DNA of 64,000 bases. Origin: Escherichia coli (lineage in GTDB: Bacteria; Pseudomonadota; Gammaproteobacteria; Enterobacterales; Enterobacteriaceae). The DNA is taken from assembly GCF_030013205.1 (NCBI RefSeq), contig NZ_CP122648.1, one strand, 5' to 3'. Each line of letters begins with the position of its first letter. The stretch's first letter is position 1. Under the pieces are notes generated by a model. It had not been told where the DNA came from and did no database searches. It was given only the letters and a program-made list of their open reading frames with translations. Position numbers and translations under genes: made by a program. Positions 9,568 through 15,379 of this stretch are shown here, piece after piece.

Positions 9568-9720
9568 TTACCAGCGTAAACAGATAAATACTGTTTTCGT
9601 AAGCCCACTGTCGCCGCTTTCCGCTCTGCAATTTTTGCTTGTCGGGGGGCTAATTGTGGCTTTGCTTGCCATAACATTAAAAGTCAGTAATATACTGAAA
9701 ATTAATACAATACTTTTCAT
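9568..9720 (-). CDS. Possible 50-aa exported peptide (below the ORF-track cutoff)
   Basis: Hand translation of the minus strand gives MKSIVLIFSILLTFNVMASKATISPPTSKNCRAESGDSGLTKTVFICLRW*. The N-terminus is signal-like and the SD is weak (GGGA). Confidence 0.35.
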   Translation of the reverse strand: MKSIVLIFSILLTFNVMASKATISPPTSKNCRAESGDSGLTKTVFICLRW

Positions 9721-9863
9721 ATATCCCATTGAATATTCAGTTCATTGCCAAATAGCAAGCGGAGCACTCTCTCTTTAACGTTGTAGTAACTTAGTTGAAC
9801 AATTTTATAATATAATTTGTCTAAGTTGGTTGATGTATCAAAGCCTTTTTCTGAAGAATGAAT

Positions 9864-9883
9864 TGGCGTGATTACTCACGCCA
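9864..9883 (-). terminator. Hairpin 5 nt after the stop of the 9888-10235 gene
   Basis: TGGCGTGA (9864-9871) pairs with TCACGCCA (9876-9883), loop TTAC. The downstream tract on the minus strand is only moderately U-rich. Confidence 0.4.
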
Positions 9884-9887
9884 GATT

Positions 9888-10235
9888 TTAAATTTCAGAA
9901 CATAGGCTAAGCGTATAGACAGCAGTTTGCCCATCATTGTTAGTCGGTCTCATAACGAAAACAGGCTGACTCCCATTATCAATGTATGTGACTGCAACCC
10001 CTCCATCAGGTGTGGCATACATTTTTGCGATGCTTTTTTGACCTATAAAATCAAGTCTCCAAGTCTTACCACCAAGATGTATTGTCATTTTTTTATCTTG
10101 TATATCAAAAGTTGAATCTACAGAAACTTTCTGACTTCCCGAGTCAATATGACCTTCCTGTATTGCTTTACAGGAAAAGGTTGTGGCGTGGCCCATCACT
10201 GGAATTAACAAAGCGGCAAATACTAGTTTTTTCAT
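9888..10235 (-). CDS. Small exported (periplasmic) protein of unknown function
   Basis: ATG 10235 preceded by GGGAGA. Sec signal peptide MKKLVFAALLIPVMGHA; the mature part looks beta-rich with one Cys near each end. The track ORF has a 19-aa upstream extension. Confidence 0.7.
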   Translation of the reverse strand: MKKLVFAALLIPVMGHATTFSCKAIQEGHIDSGSQKVSVDSTFDIQDKKMTIHLGGKTWRLDFIGQKSIAKMYATPDGGVAVTYIDNGSQPVFVMRPTNNDGQTAVYTLSLCSEI

Positions 10236-10345
10236 TTGTCTCCCTTGATGTGTCAAATGGATGGTGATGCTAATAATACATGATTGATTCAAAATGTCAC
10301 GATTAGTGCGTGGTTAATTGGTGCGTCAAATTGCATCTTTGTGCC

Positions 10346-10810
10346 ATGCGAAAGAATCTGAGATACCTTTTTGGACAACGAGTAAAAGAGTTCCGTATAG
10401 CTATTGGCTTAAGCCAAGAGGCCTTTGCAGATCGGTGTGGTTTTGCTCGTAGTTATATGAGTCGAATTGAGCGTGGTTGCTCTAATGCATCTCTTGATGC
10501 AATTGAGGTTCTGGCTGACGCTTTGCGTATTGAGCCTTGGCAGTTACTAGCTTCTGATTCAAGGAAAACTGATGATCAGGAGGTACTTGTTCCTTATGCT
10601 GCAGATGGGTCGTGTTTTCATCCAGGATTGGCAAGTACTCGCGATGGTTCGTTTAGAGTAGGGGAAAAATCAGCCCAGAAACGTTTCAGTTCGTTCAATG
10701 ACGCTCTCGAATACCTTCGTGGAATGGAAACCGCGAAGTGGCGTAGGCCTAATGCTAGTGGTAATTGGGGAATTGTATCTGCGGTTAAATGGGATCGACT
10801 GAATCAATAA
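10346..10810 (+). CDS. XRE/Cro-family HTH regulator with an uncharacterised C-terminal domain
   Basis: The sequence MRKNLRYLFGQRVKEFRIAIGLSQEAFADRCGFARSYMSRIERG is a classic XRE HTH. About 85 aa of C-terminal sequence are unassigned. Divergent from the 10235 gene. Confidence 0.8.
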   Translation: MRKNLRYLFGQRVKEFRIAIGLSQEAFADRCGFARSYMSRIERGCSNASLDAIEVLADALRIEPWQLLASDSRKTDDQEVLVPYAADGSCFHPGLASTRDGSFRVGEKSAQKRFSSFNDALEYLRGMETAKWRRPNASGNWGIVSAVKWDRLNQ

Positions 10811-10976
10811 GATATCAGTAATTTTCGGGCCACTCCACAAGGCAATAAGTGGCTTAGTGGTGATTATCGAAGGGGAATACAAGCGAGCACCTAGGCACCA
10901 TTGCAAGAACCGCTCAACGCTGAGATCAGCAAGCCCCGATTTCTGCCGACCGTCCCTGTCAAATATCAAGGAGGCA

Positions 10977-11516
10977 TTACGCCTCCTCTTCTTCCTTCTT
11001 AATTCGCTGTACCGTCGAAGGAGCAACATTAAAGATCTCGGCGGTTTTACGCACTGACACGCCATCAGAAAGGGCTTTCTTTATACCTTCTCGATCCACT
11101 GCCTTACCTTTACCACGCTTTCTAGGATTGACGGCTTGCGCTTCTCGTTTACGTTCTAACATCAGTTCACGTTCACACGTTGCCACTGCCGACAACATAG
11201 TAAGCATCATTTTTCCCATCGCGCTTGTAATGTCTGCAATGATCCCTTCTTTGTGAAAGCGAACAATTACACCACGATTATTAAGTTGTTCCACTAAGGC
11301 AAGAATGTCTAAGGTGTTACGCCCTAAACGATCAAGAGAGTGGACGTGTAAGGTGTCGCCTTCTCTCAGATAGGCTAAACACGCTTGTAAGCCTGGGCGG
11401 TTAGTGTCTTTACCAGACAGCTTATCTTCAAAGACTTTGTCGAGAGTTAGTCCTGCAAGCTGGCGATCAGTATTTTGATCTACAGTGCTCACACGCTTAT
11501 AGCCGATATTGCTCAT
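10977..11516 (-). CDS. Serine recombinase (resolvase/invertase family)
   Basis: MSNIGYKRVSTVDQNTDRQ carries the catalytic Ser motif, and there is a C-terminal HTH (VRKTAEIFNVAPSTVQRI). 179 aa from ATG 11516. Confidence 0.9.
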   Translation of the reverse strand: MSNIGYKRVSTVDQNTDRQLAGLTLDKVFEDKLSGKDTNRPGLQACLAYLREGDTLHVHSLDRLGRNTLDILALVEQLNNRGVIVRFHKEGIIADITSAMGKMMLTMLSAVATCERELMLERKREAQAVNPRKRGKGKAVDREGIKKALSDGVSVRKTAEIFNVAPSTVQRIKKEEEEA

Positions 11517-11529
11517 AAAATCCCCTTGA

Positions 11530-11654
11530 TGTATCGATTTGGCACCACTCCAATGCAAATGAGTGTGTTGTATTCATTTGGTCTGTTTCAAGCCTTATGG
11601 ATACGGAATATTACACGATTTAGCTGTATTCATTTGGTATGCCTAATGGATACG
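11530..11654. promoter_or_regulatory. Putative res site (2-3 imperfect inverted-repeat subsites) upstream of the resolvase gene
   Basis: TGTATTCAT (11569-11577) with ATGGATACG (11597-11605), and TGTATTCAT (11625-11633) with ATGGATACG (11646-11654), at different spacings. A weaker third half-site TGTATCGAT lies at 11530-11538. Confidence 0.45.
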
Positions 11655-12165
11655 CAGGGGGATAGATTAAATGGTGTTCTGTTTATACAGGTTTATTTGT
11701 TAGATCAACAAGTTGGCATTTCTAAACAGATGTTTGAACGTTGCCAAATGCCTTGACAACACAAGAAAATGGCTTGCTATGAACGCATTACACGAAATAA
11801 GGCTATAAAAACAAAATAAATTTTAAAATTTGCACAAAAACGAGAAAACTCGTTCGACAAATAATAGATTGGTTTTTAATCGACAATTTCTGACAATTTC
11901 TGATGGTGCTCTGTAAACCGCATTACACAAGGCTTTGCGAAAGTGATGTAAAAGTGAAGAAAGTTAACATTGCACTTTGAAGCCATTTTTCATTGGATTT
12001 TTTAGTAGGGAATTACACAGGGAATAGAGAGCATTATTCTATGATTTACACAGGGAATATAGGGGATTATGGCACACACATAGAAAGGCATTACACAGAG
12101 TGAGTGCTATGTGATGATTGGTAGTAACGGTAGGTCACTGTGAGCTACCCCCCACAGAATTCTGT

Positions 12166-12286
12166 TACCCCTATCAAGTCTAACAGGGGTTTATAAAGAA
12201 TAATAAACCGATGATACCCCTATCAATATTGATACCCCTATTAGCTTTGATATGACTACCCCTATCAAAACTGATACCCGATAAGA
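12166..12286 (+). repeat. Array of five direct repeats (TGA)TACCCCTATCAA followed by an AT-rich stretch (ori-like iterons plus DUE)
   Basis: TACCCCTATCAA at 12166, 12215 and 12257. Variants TACCCCTATTAG at 12233 and TACCCGATAAGA at 12275. An AT-rich run follows at about 12281-12340. Confidence 0.7.
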
Positions 12287-12440
12287 ATAAGTTAATAAGA
12301 ATAATTAAATAATATTCTTTATATCTATATATATGATCTTTTTGCCTTCCGGCGTTAGCTTCACTCTCTGGCAAGCAGCCTTACTCCGCTATCTTTGGGC
12401 TTCGTGGCTGGCCCGTTCCGCTCACACCGAAAGCAAAGCG

Positions 12441-12518
12441 TTACTCTTCTTCGTGTAACTATCGTTGGCGGTAACGCCACACGAAGAAATACTATTGCGC
12501 TGTGCGCAGTAAGAGTAA
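12441..12518. other. GC-richer segment with nested inverted repeats (three-way-junction-like fold; function unknown)
   Basis: TTACTCTT (12441-12448) pairs with AAGAGTAA (12511-12518). CTTCGTGT (12449-12456) pairs with ACACGAAG (12479-12486). TGCGC (12496-12500) pairs with GCGCA (12504-12508). Confidence 0.3.
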
Positions 12519-13364
12519 TCACCTAACCAATCACCTGATTGCTTACGTGTTAACTCTCTCTAACTCTTAATTACCCTCCTACATTTAATAACTCTATTAT
12601 TCTCTGTAGTTGTGTAATTACTCGAAGAGAGAGCGGCTAAAGCTCAATTACACTCTGCTTTCCTCGTGTAATTTCACTAAGCCTCAATACAATTTCACTT
12701 CCTACATTCTGTAGTCGTGTAATAGTTTTCGGTGGGGAAAAGCCAGAGGCGACACCGAAAGAAAATTCTGATCTTATTAATCTTATCTATCTTAGTTAAT
12801 CTTCTTACTTACTTTATCTACTTTATTATTAATAATAGCTTTATAAGCTCTCTGTGTAGCTCTCTGACGCAAGAAACAGCATTCAGGAAGGGAATCACCT
12901 TAGAAAAGTGTTCTTTGCGTCATAATGTGTTTTATGAAGGATTCAGAGGTGTTTCATAACACAAGGTATAGAGGATATTTTAGTTAATTAAAAATAAGGG
13001 GGCTAAATGCTTCTCTAACAGCATTAAGCAGGGTAGAGAATGGAAATGCATTGCCTACGTATATATAAACTCACTACAAGGCTTTACAGAGCGTTTTATA
13101 AAGTAACTAATCTAAGAACTCTCTGTTTTATATCTATCATCATCTTTCCATCATCTAACAAATACAAAATAAGCCCCTTAAATAAGCCTCTGGCGAGCTA
13201 AACAGCCATTACATAAGGGAATGTATTTCTTTTATCAAAACTTCGTTAGAACGCGTTTTAGAGCGTTTTATACAATAAGGAAGAATAGGACCGTCCGCAA
13301 GAGCACGAATTGCTAAGAAAGAATGTAAACGCATGAAAAATATCAGATTTTTTATGAAAATATA

Positions 13365-13393
13365 TTGACAAATGTTTCTTTATATGTAATAAT
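13365..13393 (+). promoter_or_regulatory. Near-consensus sigma70 promoter of the Rep-like module
   Basis: TTGACA (13365-13370), a 17-bp spacer ending in TGT (extended -10 type), then AATAAT (13388-13393). Confidence 0.6.
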
Positions 13394-13444
13394 AGGTATT
13401 AGAGAGACAGAAAAACATTCTTCTCTAAATAATCAAAATCAATG

Positions 13445-13483
13445 CACTTTGAAGCCGTCAGGCTTGCAAGGTGTTTTTCTTTT
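13445..13483 (+). terminator. Intrinsic-terminator-like hairpin in the leader between the promoter and the first ORF (attenuator or short sRNA 3' end)
   Basis: CACTTTGAAGCC (13445-13456) pairs with GGCTTGCAAGGTG (13461-13473) with two mismatches, followed by TTTTTCTTTT. SD AAGGAG and ATG 13504 follow. Confidence 0.5.
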
Positions 13484-13503
13484 AACTGAATAAGGAGTTT
13501 TTT

Positions 13504-13692
13504 ATGAAATGGTTTACACCGGAACACGTCGTAGAGGCATTTAAAAAAGGTGAGCTAACACGACATCAAGTAGTAATGAATCGTAATATGGCAAGGAGTC
13601 GAGGTTATCCAGAGCGTGAAAAATGTTTCGATGCAGCACTAAAAATTATTGATAAATTAAGAAAAAATGAAAAAGGATCTGAAACAGAGTAA
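13504..13692 (+). CDS. Small basic protein of unknown function (62 aa)
   Basis: Strong SD AAGGAG 7 nt upstream of the ATG. First ORF after the promoter and leader. Confidence 0.6.
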   Translation: MKWFTPEHVVEAFKKGELTRHQVVMNRNMARSRGYPEREKCFDAALKIIDKLRKNEKGSETE

Positions 13693-13711
13693 AGAAGAGA
13701 AGGAGAAAACT

Positions 13712-13882
13712 ATGAGCGAAACTACAGAAAAGAAAAGACAACCACGCACTTGCTTTCATATTCCTGATGAAGTATTTCAGGTGTTGTTTAAAGAAGCCAG
13801 AAGTAAACGTATCACTGTTACAGATTACATTCTTGATATGTTGAAAAGAGAGGCTGAAACACTCTCAAATAAAAGCAAGTGA
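13712..13882 (+). CDS. Ribbon-helix-helix (CopG/Arc-like) DNA-binding protein (56 aa)
   Basis: ATG 13712 with SD GAAGGAG. RTCFHIPDEVFQVLFKEARSKRITVTDYILDMLKR fits the RHH strand-helix-helix pattern. The track start at 13667 overlaps the previous ORF. Confidence 0.6.
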   Translation: MSETTEKKRQPRTCFHIPDEVFQVLFKEARSKRITVTDYILDMLKREAETLSNKSK

Positions 13883-13936
13883 TTTTTATCACCATAGTAG
13901 CGCCGTAGAGCGTGATTACATCAAGGAGCTTTTTTA

Positions 13937-14599
13937 ATGATTAAACATACAAAACCTTTCTTAGGAATAGATTATGACTTACTAGCAATCACTTCCCTAG
14001 TGATTAACGGCAAAACAAAAGAAGTAAAACTACATCATAAGATCATTTATTCTTATTTGTTAAGTTTATCTGGCACATATCAAAAGGTAACACCATCTTT
14101 GAAAGGTATTGGTGAGCGGTTAGGAGTAGGTACAGATCAGACGGTACGCCGTCATATCAAAGATCTTGTTTCTTTTGGATGGTTGAAGATTGAGGAAAGG
14201 GCAGGTAGCACAAATGCTTATATTGTCCTTCCTTATGAACAAGAAGCCCAGACACAACAAGAAGCTACCGTTAAAGCTGTTCAGGAACAGCTTCCCCCTA
14301 CGGAAGATAATAAAGAGTTTTCTTTTGATGTTCTTGATGATTGGGATGCGCCTTTACCTTGGGAAATGGAAGAAACGCCATCTGATGAAAAGGTAGCTAA
14401 TGATAATGAGGAGGATGTGTTAGAGAATTTTGCCTCTCTTATCATCCAGGAGAAACACACAAGAACAGGAGGGGCATCATTTATAGAATTTGCAACATCG
14501 TTAGCCTGTAAGCACAGGATAAAGCTACCAAATGGTATTGAGGCATATTTTGCTAAGAAACATCCCAAAGTATATGAAGACTTTGATATTCCATTTTAA
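13937..14599 (+). CDS. Winged-HTH protein with an acidic C-terminal region; putative replication initiator / DNA-binding protein
   Basis: SD AAGGAG precedes the ATG. wHTH-like segment LKGIGERLGVGTDQTVRRHIKDLVSFGWLKIEERAGSTNAYIV, then an acidic tail (DDWDAPLPWEMEETPSDEKVANDNEEDV). It lies next to the iteron region. The CDS call is solid; the function is inferred. Confidence 0.6.
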   Translation: MIKHTKPFLGIDYDLLAITSLVINGKTKEVKLHHKIIYSYLLSLSGTYQKVTPSLKGIGERLGVGTDQTVRRHIKDLVSFGWLKIEERAGSTNAYIVLPYEQEAQTQQEATVKAVQEQLPPTEDNKEFSFDVLDDWDAPLPWEMEETPSDEKVANDNEEDVLENFASLIIQEKHTRTGGASFIEFATSLACKHRIKLPNGIEAYFAKKHPKVYEDFDIPF

Positions 14600-14794
14600 T
14601 AAGGAGGGTTATGATTCAATATTTAGTAAAAAATAAAGTAGAATTCATCTATTCCACTCTCTAAAAATCTATCTGTGTAATATAAAATGAAAACATTATG
14701 GTATTAGCTATGTATTGGTTATTGTTCTTTCTGGCCTTAGAAACATATGCAAGTAAGTCTGGAAAACGAAAGTAATATATTGATGATTTGTTTG

Positions 14795-15052
14795 TTATAA
14801 CTTCGTGGTGTCAAGTCCAGCAGTTTTGAGTCGCTCGGTAAGATTTCTCATTTTGCTGAACTCTGTACCAAAGCTGGCTTTAAGTCCTACACCTTCGCAA
14901 AACTCTTTTGCCGTGACGTTTTTCAGATGGTCAACATATTTGGTCATCTGGAGGTGCATTTCCATCGTTTGGCTATTTCGTGATGCGCTGCTAATGGCTT
15001 GCTTAATGTTCTCGTAGATCTGGGTTCTGTCATTGTTTATCCCACCTATCAA
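14795..15052 (-). CDS. Small hypothetical protein (85 aa from a TTG start; may start internally)
   Basis: Open frame at the right end of the island. The only full-length start is TTG; the first in-frame ATG gives 56 aa (MEMHLQMTKYVDHLKNVTAKEFCEGVGL...). Confidence 0.45.
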   Translation of the reverse strand: MIGGINNDRTQIYENIKQAISSASRNSQTMEMHLQMTKYVDHLKNVTAKEFCEGVGLKASFGTEFSKMRNLTERLKTAGLDTTKL

Positions 15053-15146
15053 ATTTAGAAAAATAATATTAATTAGCTAATTAATATAATCAATGGTTTT
15101 CACCATCTGAATGATAGCCGTTAATTGTTTCTTTTTCATTCCTTCT

Positions 15147-15168
15147 ATGGGGTACAAAATGGGGTACA
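15147..15168 (+). repeat. Tandem ATGGGGTACA repeat near the right island end (candidate integrase arm-type sites)
   Basis: ATGGGGTACA at 15147-15156 and 15159-15168. A related GGTACAAAA occurs at 6501-6509 near the left end. Confidence 0.4.
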
Positions 15169-15250
15169 CAGAGAAGAAGCAATTAATGGAGGCGAGCTTG
15201 CATCTGCAAGCCACTTCCCCTAAGCTGGCACAAAATATAGAGATTCAACC

Positions 15251-15379
15251 AAACGACTCGGGGTGCCCTTCTGCGTGAAGGCTGAGAAATACCCGTATCA
15301 CCTGATCTGGATAATGCCAGCGTAGGGAAGTCACGGACCACCAGGTCATTGCTTCTTCACGTTATGGCAGGAGCAAACT
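15251..15379 (+). promoter_or_regulatory. thiM TPP (THI-box) riboswitch: aptamer plus expression platform (right repeat copy, putative attR)
   Basis: The aptamer sequence matches the well-studied E. coli thiM riboswitch. It continues into AAGTCACGGACCACCAGGTCATTGCTTCTTCACGTTATGGCAGGAGCAAACT and the thiM ATG at 15380. Confidence 0.9.

Larger units (their letters stand above)
11787..12723. repeat. Dispersed ATTACAC / GTGTAAT motif copies (candidate iterons)
   Basis: Exact ATTACAC at 11787, 11922, 12012, 12090 and 12647. The reverse complement GTGTAAT is at 12612, 12666 and 12717. Extended repeats: TTACACAGGGAATA twice (12013, 12046) and TCTGTAGTYGTGTAAT twice (12602, 12707). Confidence 0.7.
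6361..15327. mobile_element. Integrative island of about 8.8 kb inserted in the thiM leader (int, DUF262-HNH, XRE module, resolvase/res, iteron-rich ori-like region, Rep-like module)
   Basis: Perfect 77-bp direct repeats bound the segment, with a tyrosine integrase next to the left repeat. The DNA is visibly AT-richer than its flanks. It separates rcnR from thiM, which I recall as neighbours in K-12. Confidence 0.8.

Noticed and set aside
9557-9778. 73-aa plus-strand ORF (TTG start) after the DUF262-HNH gene
   Set aside because: It has a non-ATG start and no SD. The opposite strand carries a more protein-like 50-aa ORF with a signal peptide. I list the latter at low confidence instead.
11475-11756. 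93-aa plus-strand ORF upstream of the resolvase gene
   Set aside because: It overlaps the resolvase N-terminus in antisense and then runs across the res-like inverted repeats, which explain the sequence better.
12180-12959. ORFs 12180-12374 (minus, 64 aa) and 12732-12959 (plus, 75 aa, GTG start) in the long non-coding part of the island
   Set aside because: The first is simply the iteron array plus the AT tract read as codons. The second is a low-complexity Ile/Leu/Asn/Ser string from AT-rich DNA with no SD. Neither looks like a real protein.
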